52,342 nucleotides of DNA, taken from assembly GCA_041615815.1 (NCBI GenBank), contig JBFJCP010000030.1, forward strand, positions 1 through 52,342. The letters are read 5' to 3'. The DNA comes from Gemmatimonadales bacterium. GTDB lineage: Bacteria; Gemmatimonadota; Gemmatimonadetes; Gemmatimonadales; GWC2-71-9. The position numbers and the translations under genes were made by a program. The notes beneath the pieces were generated by a model. It made no database searches and was not told where the DNA came from. It worked only from the letters and a program-made list of their open reading frames with translations. This document shows positions 29,307 through 38,007 of this stretch, piece by piece. The first letter of the stretch is position 1, and every line of letters starts with the position of its first letter.

Positions 29307-30725
29307 ATGAAACCGTATCGCTATCTTGCGGTGCTCCTGCCGGCCCTCGGCTTGAGCGCCTGTCAAACCCTCACGGTGCCGGATTTCAACAATCCCGGCA
29401 TCGAGGAACTCACCGGCACGCCGACGGCATCGGCAGTCATCGCCGCCGTGCAGGGGATTTTCATCGACGCACGGTCGAACATCGCGAATGCCGCCGGACA
29501 GGTCTCGCAGCTCGGCATCATCGGACGCGAGTCCTACAATTTTGACGCCTCGGATCCCCGGTTCGTCACCGAGTTGCTCATTGGCCCGCTGGACGGCGGC
29601 ACACCGGCGTTCGGCGGAAACCATTGGTTCCCCCGGTATCAGGAGCTCCGGGACGAGTTCAACGCGCTCAATGGCGTTGACAAGCTTCTCGATACCGAAA
29701 TGGCGCCAGCCGACAAAGCAGGTGCACGGGGCTTTATCAAGACCATGCAGGCGTTGAATCTCCTCCTCTTGCTCAATACGCGAGACGAGAACGGTATCGC
29801 GGTCACGGTGAACCCGGATCCGACCGGCGATCCACCGCCGATCGTGAGCAAGTCGGAGGCGTTCACCGAGATCGCGCGGTTGCTGGACGACGCCCAGAGC
29901 GACCTCGGGAACGCGGGTAGCTCCTTCGTGTTCCAAATGCCGAGCGGCTTCGCGATCGCCAATACGCCGGCCACGTTCCTTGGGTTCAACCGGGCCTTGC
30001 GAGCGCGCGTGGACGTGTACATGCAAAACTACGCCTCGGCCCTCACGAATCTGGTTGCTTCGTTCTTGAACACGGGTTCTGCGTTGAGCACCGGCGTGTA
30101 TTACAACTACGGCGTGGGCGCGGGCGAAGTGGCCAACGCGTTGTTCGATCAGTCGGAAGTGCGCATCGCGCATCCCTCGTTCGAGACGGACGCCCAGCTC
30201 CAGGGCAGCGGCGAGCCGGACCGGCGATTCCAAAACAAGACGTTGCGGCTTGCCGACCCAGTCGGCGACCAAGCCAGCATAGGTATCTTCAGCGACCTGG
30301 ACTTCACGATCTATCCGAGTCCGTCAGCGCCGGTACCGATTATCAAGAACGAGGAGCTGATTCTCTTGCGCGCCGAGGCGAATCTGGGGTGCGCCGGAAC
30401 AGCGGGCGCCATCTCGTGCTCCGGTGATTCCGACGCCGCGCTCGTGGATATCAACTTCATTCGTCAAAACTCGGGTGGGCTCGATGCCATCGATGCCGGT
30501 GCGTGGGCGGCACTGACCGATGAGCAACGGTTAGACGAGCTCCTCTACAACAAGCGCTACTCCCTGTGGTGGGAGGGCGGTCACCGCTGGATCGATTGGC
30601 GGCGCTACGGCAAGCTCGCCGAGCTGTTGGTAGGCGAGCCCGCCAGCTTCACGGTTGCGCAGCGCTATCCGTTCCCAGTCCAAGAATGCGACGCGCGCGC
30701 CACGCCGCCCGCGCAGGGCTGCTGA
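29307..30725 (+). CDS. susD: RagB/SusD family nutrient-binding outer membrane lipoprotein
   Basis: Lipobox LSAC, EELILLRAEA, RYSLWWEGGHRWIDWRRYG. Immediately downstream of susC. Confidence 0.92.
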   Translation: MKPYRYLAVLLPALGLSACQTLTVPDFNNPGIEELTGTPTASAVIAAVQGIFIDARSNIANAAGQVSQLGIIGRESYNFDASDPRFVTELLIGPLDGGTPAFGGNHWFPRYQELRDEFNALNGVDKLLDTEMAPADKAGARGFIKTMQALNLLLLLNTRDENGIAVTVNPDPTGDPPPIVSKSEAFTEIARLLDDAQSDLGNAGSSFVFQMPSGFAIANTPATFLGFNRALRARVDVYMQNYASALTNLVASFLNTGSALSTGVYYNYGVGAGEVANALFDQSEVRIAHPSFETDAQLQGSGEPDRRFQNKTLRLADPVGDQASIGIFSDLDFTIYPSPSAPVPIIKNEELILLRAEANLGCAGTAGAISCSGDSDAALVDINFIRQNSGGLDAIDAGAWAALTDEQRLDELLYNKRYSLWWEGGHRWIDWRRYGKLAELLVGEPASFTVAQRYPFPVQECDARATPPAQGC

Positions 30726-30748
30726 TCACACGAGAATTCGAGACAGAC

Positions 30749-30782
30749 CAAAACCCCGCGGCACACCAGCCGCGGGGTTTTG
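30749..30782. terminator. Intrinsic terminator, probably bidirectional, between convergent genes
   Basis: Perfect 14-bp inverted repeat CAAAACCCCGCGGC-acacca-GCCGCGGGGTTTTG with T-tracts on both strands. Confidence 0.85.
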
Positions 30783-30814
30783 TCTTCTGCCGCCCCTGCC
30801 GGCTATCTCGCCCC

Positions 30815-31729
30815 TCAGTAGTACCGAACGAAATACGACAGTTTCGAATACCGCAGCGGATCTTCGAGCGCCCAGCGAATCACCAGCCCGGGCTCCACAC
30901 GTATTTCTTCGGTCAAACGCTGCTCGGACGATCCGACCACTTGGACGAACACCCGGATGTGAGAACCTTCCGACAGCTGATCGACCGGGAGCGTGAACGT
31001 CGAGACCCGCATGCTCGTGGCCAACCCCAGGGTGTAGCGGGTACCACCCCGGAGCACATACGCCCTGACGTCGCGGGTGTTGTTGTTCTCGATCTCGACG
31101 GTGGTCCCCGCCCAGTCTGAGCCCACGGTGATCAGGTGTGTGCTGTCCATCCCGGCCCGGGCCAGCAATGCGCCCAGATGGCGCACCTCACCGTGCGCCA
31201 CTCCGCGGTCCACCGCCTCCGACACCGGCAGCGTCAAGGCTCCGGTGGCACTGGGCGATCGGCCCATGGCGAGTCCCACGTCGGGTTCCACACCCCGCCG
31301 CGCAGCCAGCGAGTGAAACTCTTGCTCCACCGCCGTGCGCGCCGGCAGGGACAACTCGGCGTCACCGTCGCGTTCGCCCGCGCCAATAGAAGACTCGGGG
31401 GCCATGAACAACGAGTCCGCAGCCAAGGCGACGAGGGCCCCCGGACCCCACGCCATCGTCGTGACGAGGACATAGATGGGAACATCGCTGGCCAGAAGAT
31501 CACTGGCGATCAGCTGTGCGGCTGCAAACTGCCCACCGGCGGAATTGAGCTCGAGCACGAGCAATGCGCCCGTGCCCTCCGATGCCACGGCGAGCGCCCG
31601 AGCCACGGTCCTCGTCGTCGTGAGTCCCACCCCTCCGTTGATGACGACATGATACGCCACTGGGTCCTGGGCACCGGAGGACGACGCGAAGATGAGTGAA
31701 CTGGCCAGAATCAGTGGGACCGATCGCAT
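30815..31729 (-). CDS. Secreted NfeD/ClpP-class protease-like domain (catalytic Ser apparently absent) fused to a small C-terminal beta domain
   Basis: Signal peptide, LELNSAGG, PIYVLV, AWGPGALVALAADSLFMAPESSIGA, LTL..EAV. No NfeD membrane domain follows. Confidence 0.7.
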   Translation of the reverse strand: MRSVPLILASSLIFASSSGAQDPVAYHVVINGGVGLTTTRTVARALAVASEGTGALLVLELNSAGGQFAAAQLIASDLLASDVPIYVLVTTMAWGPGALVALAADSLFMAPESSIGAGERDGDAELSLPARTAVEQEFHSLAARRGVEPDVGLAMGRSPSATGALTLPVSEAVDRGVAHGEVRHLGALLARAGMDSTHLITVGSDWAGTTVEIENNNTRDVRAYVLRGGTRYTLGLATSMRVSTFTLPVDQLSEGSHIRVFVQVVGSSEQRLTEEIRVEPGLVIRWALEDPLRYSKLSYFVRYY

Positions 31730-31841
31730 CCGCCGTGCTTGCCTCGCGAACGTGGGATGGTGAGGGGGAACGGGGCGTGCTTCGGGCACACGCGTCTGCT
31801 ATTCTACGCTCCTCTGCTGACCCCGGTCCATGGCAGCTCGG

Positions 31842-33611
31842 TCAACGTTTCGGAATGAAATACTGCAACCAGCGAAGGGGGTTGAGCCGCCGCCTTCCCT
31901 GAACACGCTGCAAGGCCCGCTCGTACTCCTCTGCGGTCTGAAACCGATCCGCCGCTTGTCGCGCGCCACCCTTGGCAAGCACCCGCACGAGTTTCTCCGG
32001 AACGTCGGGCCTGCGATCCCGCACCCCCGGAAGCTGCCCGGAGAGCTTCCGCGCCAGGATGGCTTCGGGGGTCCCCGATCCGAACGGCGCCTCGCCCGTC
32101 AGCGCGAACATGGCTGCCAGCGACAGGGCATAGAGGTCTGCCCGATGGTCCACCGGCTCGCCGAGGAGCTGCTCGGGAGCCGCATACTCCGGGGTTCCCG
32201 AGCGGGCGGACGAGCCCGCACGCCCATCGGGTCCACCCAGGGCGAGGGCAAGGCCGAAGTCCGTAATCATCAGATTTCCGCTGGCGGCCTCGATCAGCAT
32301 GTTCTCGGGTTTGAGGTCTCGGTGCATGAGGCCCTCGGCATGAGCGGCGCGCATGGCGTAGAGAGCCTGTTCGAGAATCTCGACGACCCGCTCTACCGGC
32401 TGCGGTCCGTGGACCTCCACGAGCCGGCTCAAATTCATCCCGCGCACGTACTCCATCGTGTACCAGATCAGCCCGCCGCGCCCGCCGATGTCGAAGACGT
32501 TCACGATGTTCGGGTGCACGAACTGGGCGGCGAACTGCGCCTCTCTCCGAAATCGCTCGACGACCGCGGGGTCCGCGGTCAAAAACGGGTGCAGGATCTT
32601 GAGCGCCACCTCACGCTCCAATCCGAGATCTCGGACCCGATAGACGCGCCCAAACCCGCCCGAACCGAGCTCCTCGAGCAACTCGTAGTCGTCGCCCAGC
32701 GCGCGGCGCAGCCGCTTTTCCCACGCCCGCGCGTCTTCCGTGGTCGCCCACAGCGGTGGGGCCACGGGGATCTGCACCTCGAAGTCGCCGAGATCCGACA
32801 CCAGATCCCGGCCCATCTCCATGGCCGTCAGATAGCGTTCATCAGGATTCACTCGGACGGCGCGCTGAATCACCCGTTCCAGGGCCTGCGGGCACGCTGG
32901 CCTGAGGTTCCGCGGGTCAGGCGCGGCGCTGGGATCGAGAGGCAGCTCCCGTGCAGTGACGGCGAAGTACAGGAGTGCACCCGCGGAGAAGATGTCGCTG
33001 GAGGGGTCGCCGGCACTCCCGTCCCGCACCTCCGGGGCCAAGAACGGCACGCTCGCTGGGTCGAAATACGTGACCAGGTCCAGACATCGATTTGCATAAC
33101 GCAGATCCGTGACGACGTTCCGCCCGGTCACCTCCAGCATCAGCGTCTCGGGAACGAGCCGTCGCACCACGAGTTGATGCGAGTGGACGTACTCGAACAT
33201 GCTGCTGAGATCGCGGGCGAGCCCCAGCGTGCTGGGAATCGGTCGGGGTCCGCGGCGCACCGCGTCCCGCAGGCTCTCGCCATCGATCCACTTGGTGACC
33301 CGATACACCCAGTGTCCTCGGTGTCCGCCGGAGTACACGGGCCGCAACACGGGATGATCTAGCGATGCCAATAGCTCCGTTTCGCACGAGAACCACGGTC
33401 GTGTGGGGCTGTCCGGCGCCAGGTGGATCCGCAGCGCGACTCGGCGTTTGAGCACGCGATCCCGCGCCACGAACAGGGCACGCACCGGCGAGGCAGCCAC
33501 GAGCTGCTCGACCACCACGAGGTCGCCAAACGTCTGGCTGGCCTCCTCGAAGAGTGCCGCCGCGTCGATCTCCGAGGAGATGAGAGACCCAAGACTTGCT
33601 GCGGGCTCCAT
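31842..33611 (-). CDS. Tandem pseudokinase-kinase Ser/Thr protein kinase (cytoplasmic)
   Basis: C-domain canonical (GSGGFG, VALK, HRDLKPEN, DFG, GTPEYAAPE). N-domain has the kinase pattern with degenerate motifs (VALR, VRRLVPET, TDLR, FLAPE, SDIFSAG). Confidence 0.88.
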   Translation of the reverse strand: MEPAASLGSLISSEIDAAALFEEASQTFGDLVVVEQLVAASPVRALFVARDRVLKRRVALRIHLAPDSPTRPWFSCETELLASLDHPVLRPVYSGGHRGHWVYRVTKWIDGESLRDAVRRGPRPIPSTLGLARDLSSMFEYVHSHQLVVRRLVPETLMLEVTGRNVVTDLRYANRCLDLVTYFDPASVPFLAPEVRDGSAGDPSSDIFSAGALLYFAVTARELPLDPSAAPDPRNLRPACPQALERVIQRAVRVNPDERYLTAMEMGRDLVSDLGDFEVQIPVAPPLWATTEDARAWEKRLRRALGDDYELLEELGSGGFGRVYRVRDLGLEREVALKILHPFLTADPAVVERFRREAQFAAQFVHPNIVNVFDIGGRGGLIWYTMEYVRGMNLSRLVEVHGPQPVERVVEILEQALYAMRAAHAEGLMHRDLKPENMLIEAASGNLMITDFGLALALGGPDGRAGSSARSGTPEYAAPEQLLGEPVDHRADLYALSLAAMFALTGEAPFGSGTPEAILARKLSGQLPGVRDRRPDVPEKLVRVLAKGGARQAADRFQTAEEYERALQRVQGRRRLNPLRWLQYFIPKR

Positions 33612-33635
33612 GGTGATCAAAAATAACTCACACAC

Positions 33636-34631
33636 ATGCGAGCGATTACCCTGAGTGGCTCGGGAGGGCCCGAGGTCCTCACCATGCGTGAGGTCCCCCG
33701 GCCCGTGCCGTCCACCGATGAGCTCCTCGTTCGGGTTCACGCCTCGGGCGTCAACCGAGCGGACGTGCTCCAGCGCCGCGGGCGCTATGCGGCCCCGCCT
33801 GGTGCTCCTCGGGACATCCCGGGTCTCGAGTTTGCCGGGGTCGTCGAGGCCCTGGGTAGAGCCGACCTGCCATGGGGCGTGGGTGACCGGATCATGGGCA
33901 TCGTGGCCGGCGGTGGGTACGCGGAGTATCTGACGTTACCGGCCGAGCACGCCATCCCGATACCAGCTGGATGGGCGTTCGCCGAGGCGGCGGCGGTTCC
34001 GGAAGCGTTCGTGACGGCGCACGATGCCCTGATCCGGTGCGCGGATCTCCGGGACGACGAGCACGTGTTGATTCACGCGGTTGGGAGCGGTGTCGGAACC
34101 GCCATGGTGCAACTGGCGCGGGCGGCGGGTGCCACGGTGGCGGGCACGTCGCGGACCCCCGACAAGCTCGAGCGCGCACGGACGTTGGGGCTCCAGCACC
34201 CGGTGCTAGTGAAACAGCGCTTTCAGCCTCCGCGCGACCTTTGTGACTGGGCGCACGTTATTGGTGACCTGGTGGGTGGACATTATCTGCCCGGAAGCTT
34301 GGCAGCGGCGGCCCCCCGCGGGCGCATCGTGGTTGTCGGGCTCACGGCCGGTCGCGTGGCCGAGGTCGATTTGGGGATGCTGTTGACGAAGCGGCTCAGC
34401 CTGATCGGTACGGTGCTGCGAAGCCGGTCTCGCCAAGAAAAAACGGAGGTCATCGATTCGTTCAGCCGAGCGGTCCTCCCGCTGTTCGCGGCCGGGCAAT
34501 TGGTCCCGGTGCTCGATCGAGTGTTCCCGGCCACGGCGGCAGCCGCGGCCCATGCATACATGGAGCAGAACCGGACGTTCGGTAGCATCGTGCTCTCGTG
34601 GGAGGGCGACGACGCACCGGCTTCCACGTGA
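33636..34631 (+). CDS. NAD(P)H-quinone oxidoreductase, PIG3/MDR family
   Basis: GVNRAD, PGLEFAG, GGGYAEY, HAVGSGVG, GTVLRSR. Confidence 0.93.
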   Translation: MRAITLSGSGGPEVLTMREVPRPVPSTDELLVRVHASGVNRADVLQRRGRYAAPPGAPRDIPGLEFAGVVEALGRADLPWGVGDRIMGIVAGGGYAEYLTLPAEHAIPIPAGWAFAEAAAVPEAFVTAHDALIRCADLRDDEHVLIHAVGSGVGTAMVQLARAAGATVAGTSRTPDKLERARTLGLQHPVLVKQRFQPPRDLCDWAHVIGDLVGGHYLPGSLAAAAPRGRIVVVGLTAGRVAEVDLGMLLTKRLSLIGTVLRSRSRQEKTEVIDSFSRAVLPLFAAGQLVPVLDRVFPATAAAAAHAYMEQNRTFGSIVLSWEGDDAPAST

Positions 34632-34658
34632 CGTGGGGCACGACTAAGTTCCCGAGCC

Positions 34659-36662
34659 ATGCCATTCCTGCGGTTGAGAGACCTTCGTTCCGGCGATTCC
34701 CGTGAGTTTCGGGCCGCCGAGATCCGGATTGGTCGTGATCCCGAGTGCGAATTCGTCATTGTGGGGGAGGGGCGCGAGGTGGTCTCGGCGACGCACGCGC
34801 GTGTGGTGTTTCGTGACGACGCCTGGTGGGTCGAGGACGCCGGGAGTCGCAATGGCACGTTCGTGGGCGATCGGCGGTTGGGGATGGGCGAAACGGTGCC
34901 GGTCTCGAGCGGTGACATCGTGAGACTAGGGCGTGGCGGCGTGCGATTCGAAATCGGAGCGGTTGAGGAGCGGCGCATCAGTGAGACGCTTGCCGAGGCG
35001 CCCGCGGGGATCCTCGATGCGCTCCGGGACGCCTCGGCACCTGAGGAAGACCAGCCCACCGATCTCCTGGAGCGCCCCACACCGCCCGCAGTGTCGATCG
35101 CGATCACCCTCACCGATCTAGGCGACCGGGAGGTCTTTCACGCCAGCGGGAAGACCGTGCAGATCGGACGCGGCCGCCGTTGTGCCGTGCGCCCGGCCAC
35201 CTCAGACGAGACGTCGGTGTCCCGCGTCCACGCCGAGATTCTCCTGAATCAGGATGGCGTCGCGGTAGTCCGTGATGCCGGCAGCCGGAACGGGACGCTC
35301 GTGAACGGCACGCCGCTCACGAACGATCACGTGCTTCGGGTGGGGGACCTCGTCAAGCTCGGTGAGCTGGGTCCCGAGCTGCGGGTGGACCGGCTCGTTC
35401 CAACGCCGCCCGCGGCGGCGGCTGCCGCGGTTGCCAAGCCCCTCCGCCGGAGCTTCGGTGGAAGGGGCCGCACCACGTTCTTCACCGAGAAGCTCGCCGA
35501 GTCGAGCCGTCGATCTGCCCGCCGTCAACGCATCATCGTCTTTTCGTTCGTTGGCCTCCTCGCGGCGGCGGTTTCGGTCCTCTACTGGCATTCGGAACGC
35601 CGGGCACAGGAAACCGCGACCCTCTTGGCTGTCCAGCAACAACAAATGCTCGCCGCGCAGGCCACCGCGGACTCCTTGGGGCAGGCAGCGCGGGAGGAGT
35701 ACACACGTCTCGAGCAGCAGCTGGTGCAGGCGCAGATGGCGGCAGCACCGGTCGCTGTGGTGGAGAGCTTGCGAACGGCCCTGCAGGAAGCGGGGGACCG
35801 CACCACGCTCCTCGAGGAGGCCCTCCAGCGGGCGCAGACCGATCTTGCCCAACAGGTGGCGGCGGGCGACTCGATGCAACGTCGAGCGCAGAGTGATTTG
35901 AGCCGCTTGCGCACCGAGCTCCGGCGGGCCCGCGAGACGCAGGTGTCGGCCGATGAGGTCGATAGTCTTCGGTCCGCGGTGCGTGCTGCCGAGGCGCGCG
36001 CGTCAGCGCTGGCGTCGCAGGTTCGCGCGGTGAAAGGCGTCAACCTCGCGGCCGTGGCGCAGGCCAACCAGGCCGCGGTGGGACTCGTCACGGCCTACTT
36101 CGGGGGTGAGATCTTCGATGGCTCCGGCTTCGCCATCACTCCGTCGGGACTTTTCGTCACGAATCGCCACGTGGTGACCGAGCAGGGCACCCGGGCGGAC
36201 TCGCTCTTTGTCACGATGGCCGATCAGCGGTTCATGGTGCGCTCCGATATCGTTGCTGTGGCGCAGCCGGGCGGGCCGGATCTCGCGCTGCTCAGGATCC
36301 GGGGCTCGACCGGCCCAACCGTCAGCCGAGTGGATTGGTCTGGAACGAGCGCGAAGCAGGGTGAGCCGGCAGCGCTCATCGGGTTTCCGGCTGGGCTGTC
36401 GGCCGCTCTCGATCGTGATCAGACGGTGCGCACCTCGATGAGCGCCGGCGTCTTCAGCAAGATCACGGCGGACCTGATTCAGTTCGACGGCTTTACGGTG
36501 GGCGGGTCGAGCGGAAGCCCGATCTTCAACGCCGACGGCGCGGTGGTCGCGGTTCACCGGGCGGGATTGCGGGAGGCCGCCGGGCTGGGCTTCGCCGTCC
36601 CCATCCCCCTCCTCATTCCCTTGTTGCCACCCGACGCTCGCGCGGAGCTTGGTCTCCCCTAA
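34659..36662 (+). CDS. FHA-FHA-TM-coiled-coil-trypsin-like serine protease
   Basis: Two FHA domains with GR..SxxH..NGT. TM IIVFSFVGLLAAAVSVLYW. Long Q/A/E/R helical region. Catalytic triad TNRHV / DLALL / GGSSGSP. Confidence 0.9.
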   Translation: MPFLRLRDLRSGDSREFRAAEIRIGRDPECEFVIVGEGREVVSATHARVVFRDDAWWVEDAGSRNGTFVGDRRLGMGETVPVSSGDIVRLGRGGVRFEIGAVEERRISETLAEAPAGILDALRDASAPEEDQPTDLLERPTPPAVSIAITLTDLGDREVFHASGKTVQIGRGRRCAVRPATSDETSVSRVHAEILLNQDGVAVVRDAGSRNGTLVNGTPLTNDHVLRVGDLVKLGELGPELRVDRLVPTPPAAAAAAVAKPLRRSFGGRGRTTFFTEKLAESSRRSARRQRIIVFSFVGLLAAAVSVLYWHSERRAQETATLLAVQQQQMLAAQATADSLGQAAREEYTRLEQQLVQAQMAAAPVAVVESLRTALQEAGDRTTLLEEALQRAQTDLAQQVAAGDSMQRRAQSDLSRLRTELRRARETQVSADEVDSLRSAVRAAEARASALASQVRAVKGVNLAAVAQANQAAVGLVTAYFGGEIFDGSGFAITPSGLFVTNRHVVTEQGTRADSLFVTMADQRFMVRSDIVAVAQPGGPDLALLRIRGSTGPTVSRVDWSGTSAKQGEPAALIGFPAGLSAALDRDQTVRTSMSAGVFSKITADLIQFDGFTVGGSSGSPIFNADGAVVAVHRAGLREAAGLGFAVPIPLLIPLLPPDARAELGLP

Positions 36663-38007
36663 GACGTCAGGGGATCGCCTCGGCGTTCCGATCCTGGTCG
36701 GGTACGCGGCGCCCGCCATCGTGCTCGCCGCGCTGGGCATCACCTTCTACGTCTACCTCCCCAAGTTCTACGCCGATCGCGTCGGCATTGACCTCACCAC
36801 GCTCGGGGTGATCGTGCTCGGCTCCCGTCTGTGGGACGCCGTTACGGACCCGGCCATCGGCGCCCTCTCGGATCGCACGCGTCTGCGCTGGGGTCGTCGG
36901 CGACCCTGGATGACGGTCGCGGCCATCCCGCTGGGCTTCACGTTCTACTTGCTGCTCACGCCGCCTGCCGGCGACGCCGCTGCGGTCAATCTGCGGTTTG
37001 CCGTCTTGGCGTTCGCATTCTTCCTCAGCTGGACGATCGTGGCGGTGCCATACGAATCCCTCGGCACCGAGATCTCGTTTGACTACGACGACCGGAACCG
37101 GCTGTTCGGCGCGCGCGAAACCGCGGTGCTGTTGGGAACCCTCGTGGGCGCCGCCCTCCCCGCCCTGTTCACGCCCGAGGGGTCGGGGCGCTTGGGGGGC
37201 TACGGGACGCTGGGTCTCGTCTACGGGATTGGCATCGTGGGACTCGTGGGGTGGTGTGTGCTGGTGGTGCACGAGCGGCGATGGGGAGAGGCGCAACGTC
37301 CCTCGGGAAGCCCATGGCGTCATCTCAGGCCTGTGTTTTCCAATCGGCCGTTTGTGATCCTCCTCGTGGCATACACGGTGTACTCGTTGGGTGGAGCCCT
37401 GGCGGCGACCGTCATCCTGTTCTATGTCGAGTATGTGCTGCAGAGTGGGCTCGGTCCGCTCTTTCTGGTGCTGTATCTCGGTCTCGGCGCGGTGTTCCTG
37501 CCCCTGTGGGTGCAGTTGGCGAAGCGCTGGGAGAAGAAGCCGGCGTGGTTGGTGGCGCTGGCTGTCAACACGTGCGCGTTTAGCGGGGTGGCATTTCTGG
37601 ATGCCGGCGACACGCTCGCCTTCGGCATCCTCGTGTCGCTGTCGGCCGTGGGTCTGGGCGGCGCGTTGGCCATCCCACCGTCCATGCAGGCCGACGTCAT
37701 CGACTACGATCAGTGGCGTACCGCCACTCGGCACGAAGGGCAGTACATCGGTCTGTGGGCGCTCGCCAAGAAACTCGCGATGGCCGTGGGTGCCGCCATC
37801 GCCTTCCCGCTGCTGGACCGCGCCGGCTACGTGGCGGGAGCAGCCGCGCAGCCAGGGGATGCCGTCGTCACGTTGAAAGCGCTGTACGTGGCTGGACCCA
37901 TCGTCTGCAACGTCGTGGCCATCAGTGTGGGCGTTTTCTATCCCATCACACGGGCGTTTCATGAACGCATCCGTTCGAACATCGTGATTCAGGAAGAGAC
38001 GGTGTGA
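36649..38007 (+). CDS. GPH family (MelB-like) glycoside:cation symporter; start uncertain
   Basis: WDAVTDPAIGALSDRT..GRRRPW, PYESLGTEI, MQADVIDYD..EGQY. Confidence 0.9.
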   Translation: MVSPKTSGDRLGVPILVGYAAPAIVLAALGITFYVYLPKFYADRVGIDLTTLGVIVLGSRLWDAVTDPAIGALSDRTRLRWGRRRPWMTVAAIPLGFTFYLLLTPPAGDAAAVNLRFAVLAFAFFLSWTIVAVPYESLGTEISFDYDDRNRLFGARETAVLLGTLVGAALPALFTPEGSGRLGGYGTLGLVYGIGIVGLVGWCVLVVHERRWGEAQRPSGSPWRHLRPVFSNRPFVILLVAYTVYSLGGALAATVILFYVEYVLQSGLGPLFLVLYLGLGAVFLPLWVQLAKRWEKKPAWLVALAVNTCAFSGVAFLDAGDTLAFGILVSLSAVGLGGALAIPPSMQADVIDYDQWRTATRHEGQYIGLWALAKKLAMAVGAAIAFPLLDRAGYVAGAAAQPGDAVVTLKALYVAGPIVCNVVAISVGVFYPITRAFHERIRSNIVIQEETV

